Assembly (NCBI RefSeq): GCF_020745735.1
Contig: NW_026867451.1
Span: 1 to 64,000 of the forward strand
Length of the DNA stretch: 64,000 nucleotides
Direction: 5' to 3'
Source of the DNA: Hemiscyllium ocellatum
Lineage: Eukaryota
The translations under genes and the position numbers were made by a program. The notes below the pieces were generated by a model. That model was not told the DNA's origin, searched no databases, and saw only the letters and a list, made by a program, of their open reading frames with translations. Shown piece after piece: positions 11,430 to 22,505 of this stretch. The first letter of the stretch is position 1; each line of letters begins with the position of its first letter.

Positions 11430-12660
11430 GCCTGTTAGAACATAACAACATCCAAACATTAGAAATACGATCAGGAGTAGGCCATCTGACCCCACGAGTC
11501 TGCTCTGCCTTTCAATAACATCATGGATCATCTTTCAATGGACTAAGATTCCACTTACCCACCCGCTCACTATAACCCTCCATTCCTTTACTGTTAAAAA
11601 ATCTATTTCACCTTTAAAACATTCAACAGGTTGGCCTCAGCTGCTTCACTAGGCAGGGGATTCCACAGCTTCACAACCCTTTGGGTGAAGATGTTGATCC
11701 TCAACTCAGTCCTAAATCTGTTGCCCTTATTTTGAGGTTATGCCCCGTCGTTCTAATTTCACCCACCAGTGGAAATAGCCTCCCTGCTTCTGTCTTATCT
11801 ATCCCATTTATAATTTTACAACCCCCTTCCCACATTGTTCTGAATTCCAATGAGTATAATCCCAGTCTGCTCAATCTCTCCTCACAAGCCAACCCCCTCA
11901 TTTCCAGAATCAACATAATCAACCTCCTCAGCAAACCCCACCCCAGTGCCATCTCATGTAAGCGATGAAAAGTGTACAGAGTACTGCAGGCATGGTCACA
12001 CCAGCGCCCTATACAGCTGCAGCAGAAAGTCCTAATTTTAAACTCTGCCAATGAAGAACACTATTCCATTTGTCTTCCTAATTAGCTACTGTACTTGCAA
12101 ACTATACTTTTGTGTTTCATGCACAAGAACAGCCAAGTCCCCCTGCACAGCAGCATTCTGTTTGTTATTATTCCTACCAAAATGGATGACCTCACGTTTA
12201 CTAACATTGTACTCCATCTGCCAGACTCTTGCCCACTCACTTAACCTGTCTATATCCTCCTGCACACTTTGCTCTATCACTCATTTAAGTGCCTTCTGCG
12301 AACTACAACACACTACACTTGGATCTCTAACTCGAAGCAATCGACCTGAATTGCAAACAATTGCAGTCCCAACACTCATCCCTGAGACACACCACTCGCC
12401 ACTGATTGCCAACCAGAAAAACACCCATTTATCCCCACGTTTTGCATTCTGTTAGTTAACCAGTTTTCTGTCTCTGCTAATGCATTGCCTGTAACACTGT
12501 GCATCTTTATCTTATGCAGCAGCCTTTTGTGCAGCACCTTGCTGAATGCCTTTTGGAAATCCAGATACACCACGTTCACCAGTTCCCCATTGTCTACCAC
12601 GCTCATTATGACCTCAAAGAATTCCAATTAATCAGTTAAACATGACCTGCCTTTCATGAA
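11430..12660 (-). mobile_element. CR1-clade LINE RT and 3' end
   Basis: VNVVYLDFQKAFSKVLHKRLLHK (ORF 12376-12627); WARVWQMEYNVSK; LRTMW..GCKIINGIDK. Confidence 0.88.
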
Positions 12661-12674
12661 CCCAAACTTTATTA

Positions 12675-14010
12675 AATAAATGTGAGGTGCTGCATTTTTG
12701 TAAGGCAAACCAGGGCAAGACTTATACAATTAATGGCTGGGCCTTGGGGAGTGTTGCTGAGCAAAGAAACCAAAGGGAGCAGATGCATCATTCCTTGAAA
12801 GTGGAGTTGCAGGTAGACAGGGTGGGGAAGAAGGTGTTTGGCATGCTTTCCTTCATTGGTCATAACATTAAGTGTAGGAGTCGAGATGTCATCTCTCAGC
12901 TGTACAGAACATTTGTGAGGCCACGTTTAGAATTATTACAGACAAATCTGGCTGACCATTTCTGTGAAGGATTTTGTGAAACTTGAGGGGATGTAGAAAA
13001 GATTTCCAAGAATGATGCTGGAACTGGAGTGTTTAAGGTATAAGGTGAAGCTGAATAGGCTGGGGCTTTTCTTTTCCCTACAGTGAGAGGAAAGGAGGCT
13101 GAGGAGTGGCCTGAACAAGACCCTATAAAATCATGCAGGGCATTGATATGGTGAATAGCCAAGGCCTTTTTCCTCGAGTGGGAGAGTCCAAAACTAGAGG
13201 ACAGCAGATTAAGGTGAGAGGAGAAACGTTTGAAAAGAACCTGAGGGGTAACCTTTTCACGTGTATGTATGGAAACAGCTGCCAGTGGTAGTGGTGGAGG
13301 TGGGTTCAATTACTGCATTTAAAAGGCACCTGGATGGGTGTATGAACAGGGAACATTTAGAGAAAGATAGGCCAAATGTCTGGCAAATGGTACTCAGTCA
13401 GGTTGGGATATCTGGGCAGTGCAGTTGGACCGAAGGGTCTGTTTCTGTGCCTGATATCTGTATGACTATAATGTTTGTTAAAACTGAAAAGAAGCTCTAT
13501 TTTTACCACAGCTGGAATACTGTGGACTGTTCTTGGGACTCATCTCACAAAGAAAAGGTACACTGGACTGTGAGACAATCCACACGAGGTTTAGTCGACT
13601 GATCCTGAGGATGGAGGGACTGTCTTGAGAGTAGAGACTGAGTCGTTTGGGCCTATACTCATTAGAACATAGAAGATTCAGTGGTGACATTCTGAAACAT
13701 CTATTATTTTCAGGAAACTTGATGGTGTAAATGCAGAAATGTTGTTTCCCCTTGTGGGAGAGGTTCAGGCCAGTGAGTAAAATCTCTGAATTAGAGGTCA
13801 CAAATGTCAGGCAGAACAGAATTTTGTCTCCCAGAATGTAGTGAATCTGTGGAATTTGTTTCCATAGAACACTGAAGGCTGAAATGGGCAGGTTTTGATT
13901 TGGGAATTGAATCAATGCTTACAGTTAAACGCTGTAAAAATGGAGGTGAGGATTATCAGCTCAGCTATGATGTCATTGTTTGGAAGCCCAAACCCCATTG
14001 GCTGAACAGA
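12675..14010 (+). mobile_element. Two CR1-clade LINE 3' fragments
   Basis: LHFCKANQGKTYTINGWALGSVAEQR; LYRTFVRPRLE; 3' UTR motifs. Confidence 0.75.
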
Positions 14011-16354
14011 CCGCTTCTGGTTCCCTCTCATTGACTTTTGCTCTAAGTTAGTCTTTTCAGAATTATATAGGTCTCATCTAAATTAACCTCCATGTTTGAA
14101 GCCCAGCTGCTTCAATCCCCCCTCATCATGAAAAAAGACAGGGATCATCTTTCTCACTGTTTGGTGGCATTGCATTCTGCCTCTAATGCAGTGACTACAT
14201 TTATAGTCCTTCAGTTCTGTTAAATATTTGTCAAACACAACCACGGCTGTCACAGAAAAGGTAAAAGACAGATCAAAACTACATTTAAACTACCATATCA
14301 AGCACACTGTCGGCATGTGTTGCATGGAATACACACATGTTGCATATTAAAGCTCTCTCAGTACTCATCCATTAAACACTGCAAGGGTTGTTCAGAGATG
14401 ATTTGCTTATGTGTGTGTGTATGTCTGTGCCTGTAAATGATAGTCTACTTGTATAACAAAGTTTCGATGCATAGTGTTGTTCCCATTTATTCTGGTGTCA
14501 AGCATTTCAAAATCAGAAAGACAGTGGGTAGGAGTTCAAATCCCTTTACACGGCTACATCAAATGTTTTCTGTGATTGTACAGCTCATGTAATGTGCTGG
14601 GTAAATCTCCCTCTATATTGTGTTGTCCAATGCAATCATGTCAAATATATTTTGGTTTAGACACAGAGTAGAGCTGCATCCAGGATTCCCTAAAAAAACA
14701 TCCTCCCAGAGTCGATACAGAATAAATTGACCTCTATAATATTAAACCTTCCATGAGATGTGCAGCGTAAGGTTAATTATAGACTAAATATGCATTACAT
14801 TGAACCATTAAACATTCCTCAGACAAGAATAATAGTGCAGAGATACAATGAAAACACTAACACAGTAAAGTCTTGCAGCCTCATTCCTATCAAGCGTTTC
14901 CAGATCACTCAATGCTCAGACAGATTTTTGAGAAAATCTTGCTGTCCTGACTCAAATCTCTCGAAAGAAATGGATGAATTTGGCTGAGAGGCAATGTTGG
15001 TGAGGTGTTGGCTTCATGTTATTGGGGAAAACATTGTCCGATTGTGGAGAGGCAAAACAAGGCATCAGAGATAAAGAAAAAAGGGGGAAGGCAGGAGGGG
15101 AAGAGAGAAAAAGAGACACAGAAATATTAGCTGTGCCAATGTATCTCTTAATTATAGTTTTTTGACTAAACATGACAATTGATACCTCTGTCATTCAACA
15201 ATCATACAACTTATGTATTAAAAAGTCCGAACATCAATTAGTATTGGAATCCATTGAGTTATTTGCATTTTTTCCACAATTCGTGTGCTGTGCTTGTAGG
15301 GAAATATAAATGAGGGTTTTGTGGTTCTGTAATCTATTCTGAGAATTCTATTTCTGTGTTTATTTACATAAATGCTTAATTGGCTTCAAGGAAGTGATGT
15401 TGGCAGCAAAGCCAGGTGAATGAAGTGATTTGTTGGTAAGTTTCAAATCGAAACAAGTTTATTTTAAGAATGTTGACCATTTGCAGAAGTGAATAAAAAT
15501 TTATGAAGCCGAATTGCAACAGATTTTATTTATTTCTGAAAGATAAATAATTTAAAACTTTTATTTAGGTTAACAATTCAGTGCTGAAAATTCTGCAAAT
15601 TTAGAATATTCACGTGAAATACAGGAACTGCCGCAACAATTACATTTAATTGATATAGTTGTTACGAGGTTTCGTTACACGTATTACTTAATGGTAAGGG
15701 TCAGCAATGAGTCCCTATCCCCAACTGCCCATTGAATAGCTTGCTAAAGCCACTTCAGAACACAGTCAATTACTTCCCAGTGGGTCTGGAATCTCATGTC
15801 GGCCAGACCATGTAGATGTGACAGATGCCTTGTCATTCGTGAACCAGCTGTTTTTGTATTTTCCATTGACTCGGGTTACATGGTCATCATTTGCCTTCCT
15901 TTCTGATTCCAGGATTTCTTTAAATTCAAATTTCACTCAAATGCAAAACGATGATATTCCAAACCCTGTCCATTCAACATCAAAGTGGAGTTCGAGAATA
16001 CTGGTCTCATGATATCATCACTGTGATCCGAATGTTGGAAATGCACAGAAAGCACAGAAATGCAATAAATCTGACACTTTACATCATGAACAAATATTGG
16101 AGTGGAATACTGGCAAGAACTCTCTTGCTGTTCACAGCAACATCACATTGCATCCAATCACCAATCTAAAATCTGTCTGAAGAGCCTGACTCACCGTCAT
16201 TTGCATTTGTTGAATTCTTCACTGAATTATGAAAGCGTTAGTCACATATCCCAAGGTGGTCATCAGCTCCCTTTTTGAGGCCTGCCATCTTGTTCGGCTA
16301 ATTATGGTTGATCTTTCTTAAGAAGCTTTATTACAACCAAATGGCTTCTCAGTC

Positions 16355-16573
16355 GAGACTGTAGTGCTGGAAAAGTACAGCAGGTCAGGCAGCGTCCGAG
16401 GAGCAGGAGAATCGACGTTTTGGGCATAAAGCCTTTATTAAGATACCTGATGTAGTTGTTATGCCTGGAACGTTGATTCTCCTGCCCCTTGGATGCTGCC
16501 TGACCTGCTGTGCTTTTCCAGCACTACATTCTCAACTCAGATCTCCAGCACCTGCAGTCCTCACTTTCTCCTG
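16355..16573. mobile_element. Fold-back Penelope pLTR mini-element (older)
   Basis: Inverted arms of the pLTR; degenerate TSD ATGGCTTCTCAGTC / ATGGGTTTCTTAGTC. Confidence 0.75.
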
Positions 16574-17218
16574 ATGGGTTTCTTAGTCAGGTTCGGCACA
16601 GGAAAGGAACCATCGCCTTTTTGTTGAACAGGTAGGGAAGGCCAGGTAGGAAGGTCGCACATCCTCCTCTGAAGGATAATACTGAACCATGTAACATGCT
16701 TCAAAACTTTGGTAGGTCTGTGATTATCATTCGTTACTTCAGCAGTTTCATTTCATACTCTTTCATTAATTGAAGCTACTATGGTATAGTTTGATTCTGG
16801 AACTTTACTCCAAACCTTTTGATTGCTTATTACATGCTCATAATGCCTCCTTAACCACTTTCTCAAACTGTCATGTTAGCCTCAATGATTTTTTTATTGA
16901 CTCATGGAACACGGTGGTTGCTTTTAGTTGTCGGTAGGTGTCCTTCAGAAGATGGCAGAAAGCTGCCTTTCTGAAATAACATGTTCCAAAATGACCTGAG
17001 GAAGGGAATTCCAGATTTTGACCCAGTTACAGTAAAAGATCGATGATATATTTCCATGTCAGGATGCTGAGTAGTTTAGAGAGGAGCTTACAGTGGTGCT
17101 GCTCCCATGTGTCTGCTGTTCTTATCCATCGAGATGCAAGTGGTAGTGGGAAGGTACTGTGTAAGGAAGTGGCTAAGTTACTGCAGTGCAGTATTTTAGA
17201 TAGTGCATACGGCAGGTA

Positions 17219-17310
17219 TGCCTGAAGAAGGGCTTATGCCCGAAACATCGATTCTCCTGCTCCTTGGATGCTGCCTGACCTGCTGCGCTTTTCTAGCAAC
17301 ACATTTTTCA
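17219..17310 (+). mobile_element. 92-bp Penelope pLTR fragment with hammerhead core and 14-bp TSD
   Basis: CTGAAGAAGGGCTTATGCCCGAAACATC...; flanks GCATACGGCAGGTA (17205-17218) and GCATATGGCAGGTA (17311-17324). Confidence 0.8.
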
Positions 17311-18144
17311 GCATATGGCAGGTACTAAGCATCAGATTTGGAGGCAATGGACGCTTGTGGATGTGCTGCTGATCAAGTGGGATGCTTTGTCCTGGACAAT
17401 GCCTAGCTTCTTGAGTGCAGTTGAAGGTGCTCCTGTCCAGTCAAAGGGCGAGCTGTGCTATTACCCTCCTGACTTCTGTCTCTTAGACAGTCAGTTGGCT
17501 TTGCAAGTCAGGAGGGTGAGTTACTCGCTGCAGTATTCCTAGCCTCTGGCCTGCTCTTACAACCATTGTATTTATATGGAGTGTCCAGCTCAATTTCTAA
17601 TGAACAATAAAACCCAGGATGTCGATGGTGAGGGATTCCGTGATGGTAACACTATTGAATGTCAAGGGGTTTTGGTTAGATTGTCTCTTATTGTCAATGG
17701 TCATTGTCTCGCAGGTTTGTGGTGTGAATGCTATTTGCCACTTGTCAGCTCAAGGCTGGAAATTGTCCAGATTTTGTTGCGTTTGAATGTGGACTGAGCA
17801 GTCCCAAAAAAAATGCTAGATCAATGCAGATTTCACTTCTGACCTTCTGAGGGAGGGAAAGGCATTGCTGAAGCAGCTGAACATGATTGGGCCAAGGACA
17901 CTTTCTTTAGGAACTCCAACAGAGATTTGCTTTGGCTGAGACGACTGCCCTCTAACAAGCAGAGCCACCTTCCAATGTGTGAGGTCTGACTGCAGGCAGC
18001 AGGGAGGTTGTCACCTGATACCCATTGAATCCAGTTTTGCTAGGACTCCATAATATCACACTCTGTCGAATGTGACCTTAATGTGAAGGGCTGTCACTCT
18101 TCCCTCATTTCTGGAATTCAGTTCTTTGTCCATGTTTAAATCAA

Positions 18145-18371
18145 CTAGGAGAAAGTGAGGACCGCAGATGCTGGAGATCAGAGCTTAAAAATGTGTTGCT
18201 GGAAAAGCGCAGCAGGTCAGGCAGCATCAAAGGAGCAGGAGAATCGGCGTTTCGGGCATAAGCCCTTCTTCAGGAATCAGGCTTCAGAAGGGCTTATGCC
18301 CAAAACGTCGATTCTCCTGCTCCTTTGATGCTGCCTGACCTGCTGCGCTTTTCCAGCAACACATTTTTAAG
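18145..18371. mobile_element. Fold-back Penelope pLTR mini-element with perfect 15-bp TSD
   Basis: About 88-bp inverted arms plus a 38-nt unpaired tail; CCATGTTTAAATCAA at 18130-18144 and 18372-18386. Confidence 0.9.
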
Positions 18372-19019
18372 CCATGTTTAAATCAAGTCTGTAATTCAGT
18401 CATGAGCTGAGTAGGCCTTGCGCAACCCACATTTTATGTCACTGAGCAGGTTATTACTGAGCTAGTGCTGCTTGATAGCACTGTTGAAAGCACCTTCCTA
18501 CACCTAACTCATGATTGAGCATGGACTGATGGAGCAGTAATTCGCCAGGGTGGTTTGACCTATTTTCTGTGCACAGGACATGCCTGGCCTATTTTCCACA
18601 TTGTCCATGCCAGTATTGTAGCTGTACTGGGAGTGCTTGGCTAGCACAAGTCAGCAGTATTATTGCCAGAATTTTGTCAGGCTCCATAGCATTTGCAGTA
18701 ACCAGTGCCCCCCGCCCAACAGTGCCTTGATTTCACATGGAGAGAAGCGAATTCCCTGAAGACAGGTATCTGTGATATTGGTGATCTATAGAAGATGCCG
18801 AGATGGATCAGACAATTGGCACTTCTGGCTGACGATTGCTGTGAATGCTTCAGCCTTAACTTTTGCGCTGATGTGTTGTGCTCTCCAAAGCAGAGCAAGG
18901 GGATATCTGTGGAGCTTATTCCTTCAATGAGTTGTTTAATTATCAACTTTAGTTCATGACTTGATGTGGCAGCACTGCAGGCTCAGACCCCAGTTTCCTA
19001 AAGTAATGGTCTAGCCACA

Positions 19020-19700
19020 ATATCTCCAGACTATAACTCCAACCCACACTCCATGATGTGGATATGCACAACAGAAGATCGCTTATCCTTTGTATTTGTA
19101 GATTCCAACAATGCATCGTATATTCACTTCATTTGTTAGTCTTGAAAATGCTTTACTTCACAGACTTTAGGATATAATGTTCTGTTTTCAATTCTTCTCT
19201 CCAACAGGCAAGGTCATCGATGTCACACTAGCTTTCCTCCTCATTAATTGCAAAACCAAACGTTTTTCACCTCATCTTTGAACTTACTGATCAAAATTGC
19301 TACATTCTTGACTAGATCGTTCATATACGCTGCAAACAGCAAAGGATCCAGCACCAAGTCGTATAGTAAGCCACTGGACACAAGATGTCTTCACAATGTC
19401 TACCTTCGACCATTACCTTCTGCCAACAAATAACCTTCGATGCATTTGCCAAACTGCACCAGATCCCATGAACCCTTAGTATATTGAAGATGCAAGACCT
19501 GGTCAAAAACCTGATTGAAGTCAAGAAGCATTACATCCACTTTTTACACCCGATGGCACATCTCATTGCCTCTGCGGAAAACAGAATCAACCACTTCCGA
19601 TATGATCTCACTTCCACCAAAGCCCTGCTGAATTTTATTGCTTAAATGTTACAATTCCAACTTTTAATGAATGCTGTCTCTTAGATTTATTTATTACCTT
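19020..19700 (-). mobile_element. Ancient CR1-clade RT fragment
   Basis: Antisense VDVMLLDFNQ..DQVL (decayed VDVIYLDF..AFD) and KFADD-like remnants. Confidence 0.55.
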
Positions 19701-20842
19701 CCCTCAAGCTTTCTACTTTTAAACATAGGTTTATGAGCGAAACTACATATTGTCATTTCGCTCCTTTCACCCGATGATATCTCTTCTTATCTCTCTGACA
19801 GATAATTTACTCGAGCTGAAATAATCTTGTGTCTCTTCTGCTTCATTCTGGAAAATGGGAATGGAATTGAATACAATGTTGAGACCAACAGCAAACTGTC
19901 CGTTTGTTCTTGACACTGTCAGTGTGTGTTCACCCTCAGAGGTAGGAAGACTGTTTGTGCTGATAATACGGAAAGTAGCGCCTGATGTATCATTCTCAGC
20001 TGGCGCGCAACTTCCTGTTTCTATGTGCCAGCAGCAAGCCACACATCTCACTTCTGATCAGAAAATAAACCCAGGGGATACAATCTGGCAGAAACATCTG
20101 CCAATGTGGCCTAGATCAGGACACAGAGTGTGAAGTGATCACATTGAAGTGACATTTGCAAATCGACCTTTCGATCTCTATTTCACGGTCTGATTCCAGG
20201 ACGTCGTTGGACGAGTCTCTCGACGATCTAACAAGCTCATTCGATTCACTAACGTCTGGAACACATTGACATGCACCTTTCCATGTCTTTGATCTTGTAC
20301 TACTTGTTACTCTCTCTTCAGATTTAATGTTCCCAGCTTTTGATTCTGTCTTCTGTATCCATCACCTTCCCACCCAAATACATTCTGTTTGATCTATTTC
20401 CTAAATTTTGATCAACTAAACAAATAATACAGTTTAGTACAGACAGGTATGTTGGTGTGTCCGATTAACAGAATCAATATATGGAGAGATCATATTGGCT
20501 GTATCTAAATCTGACCAACATTGAATTCAAATAAACCACCGCACTGTGTGGTTTCAAACCTTGCAAATCTTCTCTCTTTGATAGAGCTTGTTCTAACAGT
20601 TAATTCTTGTCTTGATTATTTCAGAAACTATAACTAAAAATTCCTATTTTTAACCAAGTTTCAAATATTATTACAAGTTGCAGCACTGGCATTTCCTACA
20701 GTGAGCTTTGTGGTGTTTAAATGTTCTGGTCAAAATTTGCTTCAAGCAGAAGACTGAACCATTGGTTTCTCTGAGTTCCCAGCCACTGCCCTTGCAGTTC
20801 CATAATAACTGCAAGCTATTGATAAGCCCCAGAATGAACAGA

Positions 20843-21963
20843 ATGTCCAGGCCCTGTACACATCCAAACGCCATGATGGAGGCCTCGAAGCCCTCCGTTT
20901 CTTCCTGTCATGCCAACCCAAGCAGTACATGCTCAACCTCAACTACATTTCCTTTCAATCCTCCCACTTCCTCCAAACCAAAGGGGTAGCCATGGACCCC
21001 AGCTATGCCTGCCTCTTCGTCAGATATGTGGAACAGTCAATCTTCCACAGCTACACCGGTATCATTGCCCACCTTTACCACCGCTACATTGATGACTGTA
21101 TCAATGCCACCTCATGCAACCACTAGGAGGTTGAACAGTTCATTAACTTTACGAAAACCTTCCACCCTGACCTAAACTTTACAGGGACCATCTCGGACAC
21201 CTCCCTCCCTTTCCTAGACCTCTCCATCTCTATCTCCAGTGACCAACTAAACATTTACTACAAGCCCACTGACTCCCACAGCTACCTGGACTACACCTCC
21301 TCCCACCCGACCTCAGGTAAAAATGCCATCCTTTATTCTCAATTCCTCTGCCTCCACCGCATCTGCTCCCAGGAGGTCCAGTTCCACCATAAAACATCCC
21401 AGATCCTTTATCAAAGAATGCAATTTCCCCTCCCACGTGGTCGATGATGCCCTTGAACCCCATCCCTCCAATCGCAACAGGGAGCCCTCCTGGTCCTCAT
21501 CTTCCACCGCACCAACCTTGCATACATCATATCATCCTCTGCTGCTTCCACCACTGTAAACAGACCCCATCACTCGGGGTATATTTCCCTCCCTACACCT
21601 ATCTGCATTCCGGAGACACCATTCCCTCCACGACTCCCTCGTCAGGTCCATGCCCCCCACCAGCCCACTCCCCACCCCTGTCACCTTCCCCTGTCACCAC
21701 AGGAAGTGCAAAACCTGCGCCCACACCTCCCCCTCACCTCCGACAAGGCCCCAAATGATCCTTCCACATCCCACAGAAACTTATCTATACTTCCACAAAT
21801 GTCATCCACTGTGTCTGTTCCACCCGATGTGGTCTCCTCTGCATCAGGGAGACAGGACACTAACTTGCAGATCATTTAAGAGAACATCTCTGGGACACCC
21901 GTGCCAACCAACCCCACGGCCCTGTGGCTGAACACTTTAACTCCCCCTCCCACTCCACCAAGA
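20843..21963 (+). mobile_element. Penelope-like element internal fragment (RT + GIY-YIG)
   Basis: LQTKGVAMDPSYACLFVRYVEQS, YHRYIDDC, YYKPTDSHSYLDY; homologous to 1810-3010. Confidence 0.88.
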
Positions 21964-22505
21964 ACAGCCAGTCATATTCCTGTTCAATTCCAATGAATAA
22001 ATACAAAATAACGAGTCTGAATTTGGGATGATATTAATAGGATTTATTTCAATCTAAGCATGAACAGATTATTTTGACTTAACAGGTGGAGAGATTCACT
22101 TCCTGAAAAAGCAGCTCAAGTGATATAAGCTGGCACCAAACCGAGTTTGGTCAATACTGAGGCAAAAGTACAGCATCCAGTCTTGAGTGAAATAAATAAA
22201 GAAACTATCTTAACCCCGGAACAAGATAGAGTGTATTAAATATGAACAAAGACTCGAGTATTTTAGGATATAATAGAAAAGTAATTTATAGTATATTGAA
22301 ATGCAAACAGAGATGTGAAGCCTCTACATTCTTCCTAGCTAAATTAATCATTTCAGAAATGCCTTTGTTAATTTTCATGTGTCACTCGTCGGTCCATTCC
22401 ACGAACCTTGCGAGGTCCTTGTTAAATTCTGAACCATCAGGCGATGGTTCTCAGTGGTTGCGAGTTTCATGTTACAGCAAATTGTGATGTTGTCCACTGT
22501 ATGCC

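Larger units (their letters stand above)
16970..18960 (-). mobile_element. Degenerate LINE (CR1/L2 clade) interrupted by two Penelope mini-insertions
   Basis: Antisense RT-like segments (for example NSVTITESLTIDILG at about 17620-17670); interrupted at 17219 and 18145. Confidence 0.55.

Noticed and set aside
14330-14720. Degenerate GATACAGAGTAAAGCTC-type motifs (also about 45290-45315)
   Set aside because: They look like remnants of a common shark satellite-like repeat; too eroded to delimit or interpret.
122-16025. Isolated RSS heptamers (CACAGTG at 122 and 6708; CACTGTG at 16019)
   Set aside because: No nonamer at 12 or 22-23 bp spacing and no adjacent V, D or J coding sequence.
19767-20051. 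Beta-rich ORF superficially like an Ig domain
   Set aside because: No correctly spaced Cys/Trp/Cys on either strand, and in-frame stops behind the plausible plus-strand acceptor.
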